Source: Candidatus Multivoradales bacterium
GTDB taxonomy: Bacteria; Acidobacteriota; Thermoanaerobaculia; Multivoradales; JAHEKO01
Direction: 5' to 3'
DNA length: 64,000 bases
Assembly (NCBI GenBank): GCA_965223875.1
Contig: OZ245024.1
Span: forward strand, 4,810,315-4,874,314
The notes under the pieces are model-generated. The model saw only the letters and a program-made list of their open reading frames with translations, had not been told where the DNA came from and did no database searches. Below, one piece after another: positions 39,434 to 49,144 of this stretch (positions within the stretch are counted from its first letter, which is position 1; the number at the start of each line of letters is the position of its first letter). A program made the translations under genes and the position numbers.

Positions 39434-41635
39434 TCAGACCGAGCTCTTCCGCACGACGACGAAGGTGACGTCGTCGAGCAGCGCTCTCGAGCCCCGCCAC
39501 TGGGCGCCCGCCTCCTCGAGACCGTGGAGGATGTCCTGCGGCGCTCTCGACGCGAGTCGCTGGAAGGTCTTTCTCGCCGCCGGATAGCCCAGGGGGTCGC
39601 CGGCGGCGTTGGCCATCTCGGGGAACCCGTCGCTCATCAGCAGCAGGACGTCGCCCTGGCCGAGCCCCGCCTCGGCCTGCCGGTAGGAGGAGTCGGCCAG
39701 CCCGCCCAGCGGCAGGCCAACCAGGTCGATCTCCTCGATCTCGCCGCTTCGGGCCCGCCAGACGAGTGGAGGCGGCATGCCGGCGCAGGCGATCGCCAAC
39801 CGGTTCCCCTGGTAGCGCACCAGGGTGAGCGCCATGGTCATGCGCCCCAGGTTCATCCGTTTGATGGCCTTCGAGGAGCGCTCGAGGAAATCGGCCGGCT
39901 CGAGGGTCTGCGCCGACGCCATGAAGAGACTCTTCAAGGCCGTGACCATGGTGCCGGCCTTGGCTCCGTGACCGGTGGCATCGCCCAGCGCGATGGTCAG
40001 GGCACCGTCGTCGCCCGGCAGGAAGTCGTAGTAGTCGCCGCCGACCTCGGTCGCCGTCTGCATGTAGACCGCCAGCGACAGGTCGGGATGCTCCGGCACC
40101 CGGTTGGGCAGCAGTGAGAGCTGAAAGGCGCGCGCGTCCTCGAGCTCGCGGCTCTTGCGCTCGTTCTCGGCGGCGAGGAGACGCTGGCGGGTCTCCTGCT
40201 CCTCACGCCGCTCCACCTCGTCGATGAGGCGCTCGCGCTGCCGGTGGAGGTCTGATGCCATGCGGTTGAAGTTGCGCGCCAGCTGTCCGATCTCGTCCTT
40301 CGATCGGATGTCGACCTCCACCGCGGTCTCACCCTCGGCCAGGCGGTCGACACTGTGGGAGAGCTGCCGGATATTGCGGGTCATGCGCCTCGACAGCGGC
40401 AGAATGCCGATCATCGCGAAGACGATGGCGCCGAGGCCGAAGCCGAAGTTGCGTACCGAGTTCTGGCGCATCGCCGCCAGCGACTCGGCAATCGGGCGGG
40501 CGATGCCGAGGGTCACGTCCGACTCGGGATCGGTCGAGGCGACGATCAGCCAGCCGTCCCGGAAGGCGATGTAGGGCCGGTCGGACGCGATCTCGAGACT
40601 CTCGAGGTCGAGCCCTTCGATGGCGGCCTGGTCCGCAGGCTCGACGGTGTACAGGGTGCGTTCCGGCCCCAGGGCGAAGGGCACCTCGCCCTGGTCCCGC
40701 CGCGCGTGCCCGAGGATCGAAGCGAGGAGATGCTGCGGACTGATCTGTGCCCGAACCTCGCCGACGACCTGGCCATCCTGTTCGATTCTCCAGTCGAAAG
40801 AGGTACCGAGGAGGCGCTTGGCCTCCTCCCAGCCTCGCTGCAGCGACTCGACCTCCCGCTCCTCCAGGCGACGCTTCTCTCTGGCCGCCTGCCGAAGCGA
40901 CTGCGCGGCGCGGCGCCGCTCGGCGTTGAGCTCCGCCCGTTCCTCATCGGTGAGGGAGGGGTCCTGGAGCACCTCGCTCAGCTTCTCGACCTGGCGCTGG
41001 TTGGTGGCGATCTGCTCTTCGACCTGCTCGGCTTCGGCCGCCAGACGCTCGACATGGTCTCCGAGGACCAGACCCAGGCCGTCGATGATCTCCTCGGTCA
41101 GCCCCGCCGTGGCGTCCTCGAGCCCCGCCTTCGCGTCCTCGCGCGTCGCGGGGTCGTCTTCGAGGGCCTCGGCGGCCTCGATGACGTGGTCGAGGTAGAT
41201 GACGAAGCTACTCGGCTCCTCGAGCTCGGCACGCGGGCCCGGCGGCACGGCCGGCGCGTCCGGCTCGGGTCCCTCGGCGGGGCGCTCGCCCGGCGATGCC
41301 GGTAGAGGGATCACCTCGACCGATTCCACCATCGGCGCCAGCCGCCCCAACTCGTCGAGCGGCCGGGCGACCGGATAGTCGGTCTCGAACTCGAAGCCCG
41401 AGTCGGGTGCCAGGGTGTCCAGCGACATCGAGCCGAGAGCTCGGATGCGTCGGCCGAGCTCGCTACGAGCCTCGTCCATTCGGTCGTTGAGCTCCAGTGC
41501 CTGAGACCGCACCTCGGTCTCGACGGCCCGCCGGAAGACGCGAATCGAGCTCAGGTAGTTCATGAACACGATCGTCGCCAGCGGCAGCACCGCCAGAAGG
41601 AAGAACGCGAGGACCAGCTTGGTACGGATTCTCAC
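39434..41635 (-). CDS. Membrane HAMP plus SpoIIE/PP2C-family phosphatase (RsbU-like)
   Basis: Two TM helices; HAMP (DEIGQLARNFNRM); EVGGDYYD, ALGDATGHG, LLLMSDG and DDVT. Confidence 0.88.
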   Translation of the reverse strand: MRIRTKLVLAFFLLAVLPLATIVFMNYLSSIRVFRRAVETEVRSQALELNDRMDEARSELGRRIRALGSMSLDTLAPDSGFEFETDYPVARPLDELGRLAPMVESVEVIPLPASPGERPAEGPEPDAPAVPPGPRAELEEPSSFVIYLDHVIEAAEALEDDPATREDAKAGLEDATAGLTEEIIDGLGLVLGDHVERLAAEAEQVEEQIATNQRQVEKLSEVLQDPSLTDEERAELNAERRRAAQSLRQAAREKRRLEEREVESLQRGWEEAKRLLGTSFDWRIEQDGQVVGEVRAQISPQHLLASILGHARRDQGEVPFALGPERTLYTVEPADQAAIEGLDLESLEIASDRPYIAFRDGWLIVASTDPESDVTLGIARPIAESLAAMRQNSVRNFGFGLGAIVFAMIGILPLSRRMTRNIRQLSHSVDRLAEGETAVEVDIRSKDEIGQLARNFNRMASDLHRQRERLIDEVERREEQETRQRLLAAENERKSRELEDARAFQLSLLPNRVPEHPDLSLAVYMQTATEVGGDYYDFLPGDDGALTIALGDATGHGAKAGTMVTALKSLFMASAQTLEPADFLERSSKAIKRMNLGRMTMALTLVRYQGNRLAIACAGMPPPLVWRARSGEIEEIDLVGLPLGGLADSSYRQAEAGLGQGDVLLLMSDGFPEMANAAGDPLGYPAARKTFQRLASRAPQDILHGLEEAGAQWRGSRALLDDVTFVVVRKSSV

Positions 41636-41806
41636 GGAGGAGCGTCGCAGGAAGGGCCCGCTCGGGGCGCGTACGGGTCGCGTGGAGGCGGCCGACCCGA
41701 TGATAGTACGCTCGAGAGCGGGTCCGGGTTCCGGTCCGAGGCTGTCGGAGGGTGATCGACCGCCTTTGAGCTATCATCCGGCTCGCCCGCTCTGGGGAGA
41801 CACGAG

Positions 41807-42616
41807 ATGAACGGAGGAAGCTATCAGCGTCAGGCCGGCGGCGGATTCGGCGGCCTCAGCGGACCCGTGCCGCGCGACCTGGTCGTCCTGCTGGCCGTCG
41901 TCCTCGGCACCTTCTCACTGCGCTTCTTCGCCGCGACGCAGTCGCTCCACGCGCTGCTGACGCTGTCGTCGAACACCTGGCGCCACGCCTTCCTCTGGCA
42001 GCCGGTGACCTATCTGTTCACCGGCGTCGGCCAGCCGGGCATCTGGTTCCTGCTCGCGCTGCTCATTCTCTTCCTCTTCGGGCGCACCGTCTTCTACCAG
42101 CTCGGGCGGCGGGGGTTCTGGCGCTTTCTGCTGGTCGTCGGCGTATCGAGCGCGCTCGTCGCCGTCGTGGTGGACCTTCTCGCCACGGTGCTCTCGGGTC
42201 CGACGCTCAACGCTTTCGTGTTGATGCAGGGCCAGCAGATGCTGCTGACCATGGTCATCGCCGCCTTCGCGACGATGAACCGCGACGCCACGATCCTGCT
42301 CTTCTTCGTCCTGCCGGTACAGGCCCGCTGGTTCCTGCTGCTCGAGGTCCTCTTCGCCTTCATGGGCTTCCTCTCCACCGGCGATCTGGCGGGCTTCGTC
42401 GGGCTCTGCTGCGGGGTCGGACTGTCTGTGCTCTACCTCGGCTGGCGCCCCCGGAGGCTCGATCTGCGTCGTCCATGGCTGCAACTCCAGGAATGGTGGC
42501 TCAAGCGGCGCCTCAAGGGCATGCGGCGGCGCAGCGGTCTGCGTCTCGTCGACGACGACGAGACCGCCGACAGCGGGTCGTCCGACGACGGGCCCGACGA
42601 CGGCTGGGTCCACTGA
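41807..42616 (+). CDS. Rhomboid-like membrane protein (probably catalytically inactive)
   Basis: WQPVTYLF rhomboid L1 motif and 6-7 TMs; no GxSG or catalytic His visible. Confidence 0.6.
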   Translation: MNGGSYQRQAGGGFGGLSGPVPRDLVVLLAVVLGTFSLRFFAATQSLHALLTLSSNTWRHAFLWQPVTYLFTGVGQPGIWFLLALLILFLFGRTVFYQLGRRGFWRFLLVVGVSSALVAVVVDLLATVLSGPTLNAFVLMQGQQMLLTMVIAAFATMNRDATILLFFVLPVQARWFLLLEVLFAFMGFLSTGDLAGFVGLCCGVGLSVLYLGWRPRRLDLRRPWLQLQEWWLKRRLKGMRRRSGLRLVDDDETADSGSSDDGPDDGWVH

Positions 42617-42737
42617 GGGCCGGCGACACACCACAGGGAATATTCGGTCGATCGAATCCCTTGTAGGAGGTGTGCGGCAGTCCGCCGTACGACCATCCTC
42701 CAAGGCGATTGGGGCCCAGGCCCCGAAAGTGAGATCG

Positions 42738-45176
42738 ATGAGCGAGACCCTCTCCCTGCCAGTTCTGCCGTTGCGCGGCGCGGTGATCTTTCCCGGCGTG
42801 GTGACCCCGGTGCGGGCCGGCCGGCCGGCGACGATGCGTGCCATTCAGGCGGCCGTTTCGCGGGGAGACCGGATGGTGTTCGCGGTGTTGCAGAAAGGAA
42901 CCGGCGAGGTCGTCGGTGTCGATGATCTCAATGCCATCGGAACGATCGCCCGCATCGATCAGGTGCAGAAGGTGGGTGCGGGCCTGCAACTGCTGCTCAA
43001 TGGCGACCGGCGCGGTGTCGTGGCGCGGATCGAGGCGGCCGAGGATGGGTATCTCGAGGCTTCCGTGCGCGAGACGACCGAGATCCTGCCGGCGGAGGCC
43101 GACGACCCCTCCTACGAGGCGCTGCAGAAGGAGCTGCGAGAGCGGGCGACGGAGCTCGCCGAGAGCGCCGGTCTCCCGGAGGAGATCATCCGGCAGGTGC
43201 TCGACAGCATCGGGGACCCGTCGAGTCTCTCCGATCTCGTCACCAGCTACCTGGAGCTGTCGACGGTGGAGAAGCAGACGCTGCTCGAGACGCTCTCGGT
43301 CGAAGATCGGCTCAGGCAGGCGCTGCTCCATGTGCAGCGCCAGCTGACCGTGGTCAGCGCCCAGGCCGACATCCAGTCGAAGGTGCAGCAGGAGCTCGGC
43401 GATCGCCAGCGCGAGATGGTGCTGCGCGAGCAGCTGCGCGCCATCCAGGACGAGCTCGGTGGCGGTGAGGACGGCAGCGATCTGGAGGAGCTTCGCGAGC
43501 GGCTCGCGGCGCTGGAGGTGCCGGACGAGGTTCGCAAGGAGATCGATCGCGAGCTCGACCGGCTGGCGCGGATGAACCGGGAGTCGATGGAATCGCAGGT
43601 CATCCGCACCTATCTGGAGACCGTCGCGGAGCTACCCTGGAGCACCCGGACCGAGGACGACCTGGACCTGGCTCGCGCCGAGGAGATTCTCGAGGAGGAC
43701 CACTTCGGGCTCGACGACGTCAAGCAGCGCATTCTCGAGTTCCTCGCCGTACGCAAGCTCAGCCGGGCCGTCGAGGGGAGCGCGGAGCCGGATGCGGACG
43801 GGGAGCGCGAGGCGCCGGGCGATGGCCCGGCGAAAGCCCCCATTCTGCTCTTCACCGGCCCGCCAGGTGTCGGCAAGACCTCCATCGCGCGCTCGATTGC
43901 CCGCGCCATGTCACGCGAGTACGTACGCATCTCCCTCGGCGGCGCTCGCGACGAGGCCGACATCCGGGGACACCGTCGCACCTATGTGGGCGCACTGCCG
44001 GGTCGGATCCTCAACGGCATGCGCCAGGCCGGCGCCAAGAACCCGGTCTTTCTGCTCGACGAGGTCGACAAGCTCGGGGCCTCGTTCCAGGGCGACCCGG
44101 CGAGTGCTCTGCTCGAGGTCCTCGATCCGGCGCAGAACGACAGCTTCGTCGATCACTACCTGGGCGTGCCCTTCGATCTGTCGGAGGTCTTGTTCATCGC
44201 CACCGCCAACGCGCCGCATCGGATCCCGGCGCCGTTGCTCGACCGCATGGAGGTGGTCGAGTTCTCGGGCTACACGGAGGGCGAGAAGCTGGAGATCGCG
44301 CGCCGCTACCTGCTGCCGCGCCAGGTGCGCGACAACGCGCTGGATGCCGCCCAGATCGGGATCAGCGACGAGGCGATCCTGCAGGTCGTCTCGCGCTACA
44401 CCCGTGAGGCGGGAGTGCGACAGCTCGAGCGCGAGATCGGTAAGCTCTGCCGCAAGGTGGCGCATCGTGTGGCGACCGAAGCGGTGTCGACGGTCGAGGT
44501 CGGCGAAGACGACGTCTCCGATCTGCTCGGGCGGCCGCGCCTCCACCCCGAGACGGCGGCGACGGTGCCGCAGGTCGGCGTGGCGACCGGCATGTACTAC
44601 ACGCCCGCCGGCGGCGACATCATGTTCGTCGAGGCGACCGGAATGCGCGGCAAGGGCGAGCTGGTCCTCACCGGCCAGCTCGGAGACGTGATGAAGGAGT
44701 CGGGGCGAGCGGCGTGGAGCTGGGCCCGCTCGCATGCCGCCGAGCTGGAGATCGACGAGGAGGCCTTCGATCGGGACCTGCACATCCACGTTCCGGCCGG
44801 GGCTGTACCCAAGGACGGCCCGTCGGCCGGCGTCGCGATGGCGGCGGCTCTCGTCTCGACGCTCTCGGGGCGACCGGTGCGGCACGACATCGCCATGACG
44901 GGCGAGGTGACGCTGTCGGGCCGCGTCCTGCCGATCGGCGGCGTCAAGGAGAAGATCCTCGGTGCGGTCCGCAGCGGCATCCACCGGATCATCCTGCCGA
45001 AGGAGAATCTGCCGGATCTCGACGATCTGAGTGAGCAGCTCCGCGGACGGCTCGAGATCCATGCCGTCGACGAGCTCTCCGAGGCGTTGTACCTGCTCAT
45101 CGAGGGGCTTCCCCACCACGCGGCGCTGCTGCGAGGCGACGGGCGGACCGACCACTCGGCGCCGGCCACCCACTGA
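42738..45176 (+). CDS. lon: Lon ATP-dependent protease
   Basis: LPVLPLRG..IFPG N-domain, GPPGVGKT, LLDEVDK, ALLEVLDPAQN, KDGPSAG (Ser) and PIGGVKEK (Lys). Confidence 0.95.
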   Translation: MSETLSLPVLPLRGAVIFPGVVTPVRAGRPATMRAIQAAVSRGDRMVFAVLQKGTGEVVGVDDLNAIGTIARIDQVQKVGAGLQLLLNGDRRGVVARIEAAEDGYLEASVRETTEILPAEADDPSYEALQKELRERATELAESAGLPEEIIRQVLDSIGDPSSLSDLVTSYLELSTVEKQTLLETLSVEDRLRQALLHVQRQLTVVSAQADIQSKVQQELGDRQREMVLREQLRAIQDELGGGEDGSDLEELRERLAALEVPDEVRKEIDRELDRLARMNRESMESQVIRTYLETVAELPWSTRTEDDLDLARAEEILEEDHFGLDDVKQRILEFLAVRKLSRAVEGSAEPDADGEREAPGDGPAKAPILLFTGPPGVGKTSIARSIARAMSREYVRISLGGARDEADIRGHRRTYVGALPGRILNGMRQAGAKNPVFLLDEVDKLGASFQGDPASALLEVLDPAQNDSFVDHYLGVPFDLSEVLFIATANAPHRIPAPLLDRMEVVEFSGYTEGEKLEIARRYLLPRQVRDNALDAAQIGISDEAILQVVSRYTREAGVRQLEREIGKLCRKVAHRVATEAVSTVEVGEDDVSDLLGRPRLHPETAATVPQVGVATGMYYTPAGGDIMFVEATGMRGKGELVLTGQLGDVMKESGRAAWSWARSHAAELEIDEEAFDRDLHIHVPAGAVPKDGPSAGVAMAAALVSTLSGRPVRHDIAMTGEVTLSGRVLPIGGVKEKILGAVRSGIHRIILPKENLPDLDDLSEQLRGRLEIHAVDELSEALYLLIEGLPHHAALLRGDGRTDHSAPATH

Positions 45177-45206
45177 GCACCGGCGCTTTTTCAAAGCCAG
45201 GGTCGG

Positions 45207-47339
45207 CTAGGGAACGGTGAAACTCAGGGCGTTCGAAAACGCCCATTCCACGGGTCCCAGCGGATCGACCACGGCGGCCTGCCAGTAGAGCGTGCGGCCG
45301 GAGGGCACGTCGTTCCAGGCGAAGATGCTCCAGCTCGCGCGACCCTGGGAGTCGGTGGTGGTGGTGAACCTCCGCTGAATGGCGGGCACGAACTCGCCGC
45401 CGCCGATCTGCTGTCGCGCCAGCTCGATGCTGGCCACCAGGTGAACCGCGGCGTTCGGACGCGCGTCGATGAGCTCGAACTGCACCGGTGTGCCGGGCGA
45501 CAGGTCGCCGCTCGCCGTCAGCGACGGCATCCCGGCCGTTCCGGCCAGGTGCTTGCCGAGAAGAACGAAGGGGTTCGAGGGCTCGCGAACCTCGTAGAAC
45601 GAGAGCATGCCCTTGGCGCTGTGCTCGAGGATATGGCAGTGGAAGAGCCAGCCTCCCGAGGTCCAGGCGCCGGTCGGGTCGAAGGTCGGCAGTTGGCCCT
45701 GGGCCTCGACCTGTCCCTCGCGGCCCTCGTCGTCGAAGTGGACGACACCCCGTGTGATCGACATGCTCCGTCCCGGGACGCTGCCGCCCCTCGCCGCCGC
45801 CCGGACGGTGTCCTTGACCTGCTCGAAGGGCCACGGAATGGTGACGTTGGTCTCCGGACGATCGAGATCGATGAACTCCACCTCGATCGGTACGAAGGAG
45901 AAGCCGTGAGTGTGGAAGGGGTGATCGCCGTGGGTGAGGTTGGTGATCTCCCAGGTCCAGACGTCACCGACCTCGACGTCATAGGCGTTGAAACTGTCGA
46001 TCATCCCGGCGGGAAGCGGCACCATCGTGCCGCTCGAGAAGTCCGCCTGGGCGAAGAGCTCCACGTTGCCCTCGGCGTCGGGGAGCTTGTGGCCGAAGGT
46101 CACCGGCAGAGCACCCTTCGAGCCGGCTGGGACCCCGATATCGGTCAGCAGGTCCTGTGGCGGCACGAACTCGCCGGTGCCCGGGTCGGGACCGGTCACC
46201 TGGAGCTGGAGGAAAGTCTGGGGAGGGTAGAGCCCGTCGAGCGGATCGTCGAACAGCAGGATCTTGCCCTCCTCCTCGGGGTCGTACTGCACCACGTGCC
46301 GGCCGCGGCGCCAATCGTAGTTCCACACCGTCCAGGTCTGGCCCGGTGTCCCGATCGGGGTGAAGATCACGTCCATACGCTCGCCGGGCATGAGGAACAC
46401 GCCCTCACGCAGCTTGGGCAGCAGGGTGACCGTGGGGTGAGGGTCGAGCCTCTGGGGATCGGGACCGCAGCGTTGCGACGGACCGCAGAGGAATGGCTGG
46501 ATCACTGTCCGCGGCTGGGGCGACTCGAGCAGTCCACCATCGGAGCCGATCTCGAACACGCGGCAGCCTTCCGCGAGACCCGGCCGGCAGAGCTCGCGCA
46601 TCCCCAGACGCGAGAAGGATGTGTTGGCGGCATTGATGAAACGCCATCTCTGGGGCTTGCCGTTCTCCACCGCCAGGGTCACGTCTTCCGCGTACTTGCC
46701 GTTGATCAGCAGGTGGTTCCCTTCGCGACCGTTCAGGTGGTAGACGGCGTTCTTGAGCGGGTCGGTGAAGGAGAAGGCCGGGACGATCTCGAACTGCGAG
46801 TCGAGCAGCAGATCGTCGAAGAAGACGATCCGCTCCTGAAGCCCGTCGAACCCGAGCTGGACGTCCTTGATCGGGTCGCGCACCAGGAGCGCACCGTAGA
46901 GGCCCTTCTCGACCTGGTCGAAGGGTCGCACGTGGGGGTGGTACCAGAAGACCGAGGCGTCGTTGACGACGAAGGAGTAGTCGAAGGACTCGCCGGGTGC
47001 GATCGTGGCCTGGGAGATATGACTACCGTCCATGGTCGCCGGAGTCTCGACACCGTGCCAGTGGACGGTGGTTTCCTCCGGCAGGTCGTTGGTGAAGTGC
47101 ACGATGACCGTGTCGCCCACCTTCGCCTCGATCGTCGGCCCGGGAATCGAGCCGTTGTAGGCGTAGACCCGGGTATCGATGCCGTCGATGAACTGCCAGG
47201 TCGTCTCGGCCGCGACGAGGTTGACCTCGACGATGTCGTCGGCTGGGTTGATGTCGATCGCGATCGGCGGCTCGAAGCCGAAAGCCGGCGTCGCCGCCAC
47301 GAGGCAGGCGGCGAGAGAGCAGTGCAGAATCCCCTTCAT
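45207..47339 (-). CDS. Multicopper oxidase (laccase/CueO-like) with an extra C-terminal domain
   Basis: HWHG, WYHPH, HPFHTHG and HCHILEHSAKGM copper ligands; signal peptide from the ATG at 47339. Confidence 0.9.
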   Translation of the reverse strand: MKGILHCSLAACLVAATPAFGFEPPIAIDINPADDIVEVNLVAAETTWQFIDGIDTRVYAYNGSIPGPTIEAKVGDTVIVHFTNDLPEETTVHWHGVETPATMDGSHISQATIAPGESFDYSFVVNDASVFWYHPHVRPFDQVEKGLYGALLVRDPIKDVQLGFDGLQERIVFFDDLLLDSQFEIVPAFSFTDPLKNAVYHLNGREGNHLLINGKYAEDVTLAVENGKPQRWRFINAANTSFSRLGMRELCRPGLAEGCRVFEIGSDGGLLESPQPRTVIQPFLCGPSQRCGPDPQRLDPHPTVTLLPKLREGVFLMPGERMDVIFTPIGTPGQTWTVWNYDWRRGRHVVQYDPEEEGKILLFDDPLDGLYPPQTFLQLQVTGPDPGTGEFVPPQDLLTDIGVPAGSKGALPVTFGHKLPDAEGNVELFAQADFSSGTMVPLPAGMIDSFNAYDVEVGDVWTWEITNLTHGDHPFHTHGFSFVPIEVEFIDLDRPETNVTIPWPFEQVKDTVRAAARGGSVPGRSMSITRGVVHFDDEGREGQVEAQGQLPTFDPTGAWTSGGWLFHCHILEHSAKGMLSFYEVREPSNPFVLLGKHLAGTAGMPSLTASGDLSPGTPVQFELIDARPNAAVHLVASIELARQQIGGGEFVPAIQRRFTTTTDSQGRASWSIFAWNDVPSGRTLYWQAAVVDPLGPVEWAFSNALSFTVP

Positions 47340-47403
47340 CGCTGTTGATCTCCTGGTAGTGATTCCGGGCGAGAGGACGGCCGGCGAGGGCGGAAACAAC
47401 CTA

Positions 47404-48897
47404 TCACGCCGGAAGCGGGCGATCACGCGGGACACGCGAGGAGGCCAGAGCCGTGGCGTAGTTGGCGAGCACTCCGACCGTTCCGGCATGGAGACCACCG
47501 AGAGACCGGAAGCCGGTGGAGTAGAGGCCGAGCGCGACCGTCAGACCGACGACGAGGCCGAGAAGGATGTCCCGGTCGTCGCACAGAGCCTGCTGTCCCT
47601 CGCCGTTCGCTTCTTCCGAGGCTCCCCGCCGGGCCGGCCAGGTGCCGAGAACGAAGGCCGGTGACATCTGGATCAGGAGCTCGAACTTGATCACCAGGAG
47701 CCCCCAGAGCGTCGTCGGTGGTCGCAGGGCCAGGGGCACGACGACGAGGATCGTCCCGATGCTGGTCAGCGTGCCCAGGCGGCTGAGGCGCTCCGGGTCG
47801 GCAAGGCCGCCGGCCCGAGCCACGACGTCCTTGGTCAGGATCGACGAGAGGGAGAGAAGGCAGGAATCCGCGGTCGACATGATCGCCGCCAGCACCGCCA
47901 TCATCACCACCAGGACCGGGACGTAGGTCCAGGGCCTGGCCTCGACGAGATAGGCGAGAACCCGGAAGGTGACCTGGTCGGAGTCGAGGCGTCCGAGGTT
48001 CGGGTACACGGCGATGCCGATGAGACCGATGAAGACGACGGTGGTGATGGCGATGTGCGGCAGGAAGGCCATCGTGGCGAGTGCGCGGCGCAGCTCGGAG
48101 AGCCTGCGCGCCGCGTAGATGCGCTGGATGGCCTGCGGGTAGAGGGGGGCGCCGAGACCGAGCAGGAGGAAGTTGCTCAGCCAGAGAGCGCAGGTTCGGT
48201 ACGAGGGCGGTTCGATCTTCTCGGGCGCCGTCGCCGCGATCTGCCCCAGTACCTCGGCCGGACCTCCCACCAGGTCGGTGAGCAGTATCACCGCGAGAAG
48301 CAGCCCGACCATCAGCGCGATGCCCTGCAGCGCGTCGGTCCAGGCGACCGCCCGCATCCCGCCCATCAGCTCGTAGGCGAGGATGACCACCGCGCCACCA
48401 ACGACACCTGCCCCGTAGGGAATCCGGTTGTCGGTGAGCCCGGCAAAGGCGTGCCCCATGGCGATGAGCTGGGCGAGCAGGAAGTTCATCAGCACGAAGA
48501 TGAAGATGACCGTGGCGAGTCGATGCAGCGCCGTGCTGCGGAAGCGGTAGCGCAGATAATCGCCGGGAGTGACGAAGTTGTGGAGCCGGGAGAGCTTGAA
48601 CAGCCGGGGTGCGAAGAGCAGGTAGCCGGAGACGATCGCCACCATGAAGGTGACCGACATGTAGTAGGCGAGACCCTCGCGGTAGGTCTGGCCGGGAAAC
48701 CCGGAGAGCGAGTTGCCACTGTACTGGGTGGCGAAGAGCGTCAGCAGCAGGACGACGAGTCCGATCGACCGCCCCGCGAGATAGAAGTCCGACAGCGTGC
48801 TCTCGCGGCGTGCCCGGCGGCTCATCCAGGCGATCACCATCAACATCGCCACGTAGAAGCCGGTGGCGACGACGATGCCGTTGGCGAAGTCAGTCAA
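47404..48897 (-). CDS. Sodium:solute symporter (SSS, PanF/PutP-like)
   Basis: FYLAGRSIG, TQYSGNSLSGFPG, GGMRAVAWTD, QRIYAAR and AAIMSTADS. Confidence 0.88.
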   Translation of the reverse strand: MTDFANGIVVATGFYVAMLMVIAWMSRRARRESTLSDFYLAGRSIGLVVLLLTLFATQYSGNSLSGFPGQTYREGLAYYMSVTFMVAIVSGYLLFAPRLFKLSRLHNFVTPGDYLRYRFRSTALHRLATVIFIFVLMNFLLAQLIAMGHAFAGLTDNRIPYGAGVVGGAVVILAYELMGGMRAVAWTDALQGIALMVGLLLAVILLTDLVGGPAEVLGQIAATAPEKIEPPSYRTCALWLSNFLLLGLGAPLYPQAIQRIYAARRLSELRRALATMAFLPHIAITTVVFIGLIGIAVYPNLGRLDSDQVTFRVLAYLVEARPWTYVPVLVVMMAVLAAIMSTADSCLLSLSSILTKDVVARAGGLADPERLSRLGTLTSIGTILVVVPLALRPPTTLWGLLVIKFELLIQMSPAFVLGTWPARRGASEEANGEGQQALCDDRDILLGLVVGLTVALGLYSTGFRSLGGLHAGTVGVLANYATALASSRVPRDRPLPA

Positions 48898-49102
48898 GGT
48901 CGTCGTCCTTCCACAAGCGCAGGATGCCCCAGGCGGTGAGCGCCGAGAGGGCCAGCGTGAACGCGATGCTCGACCAGAGCCAGAGCGGCAGGCCCAGCCA
49001 GCTCACCGGCTCCCGGCCGACGAACAGGGCCGGGACCGTGCCCAGGGCCGCGACGGCGAGGAGGATCAGGAAGACCGGATGACGACGCGGCTCATCGGTC
49101 AC
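48890..49102 (-). CDS. Small two-TM partner of the SSS transporter (DUF997/DUF3311-like)
   Basis: 70 aa, two hydrophobic helices with a GLPLWLW motif; overlaps the SSS start. Confidence 0.65.
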   Translation of the reverse strand: MTDEPRRHPVFLILLAVAALGTVPALFVGREPVSWLGLPLWLWSSIAFTLALSALTAWGILRLWKDDDLD

Positions 49103-49144
49103 GCCGTCGGTCCTCCGACCTGGATCGCCGTCGCGTCCGCCGAA

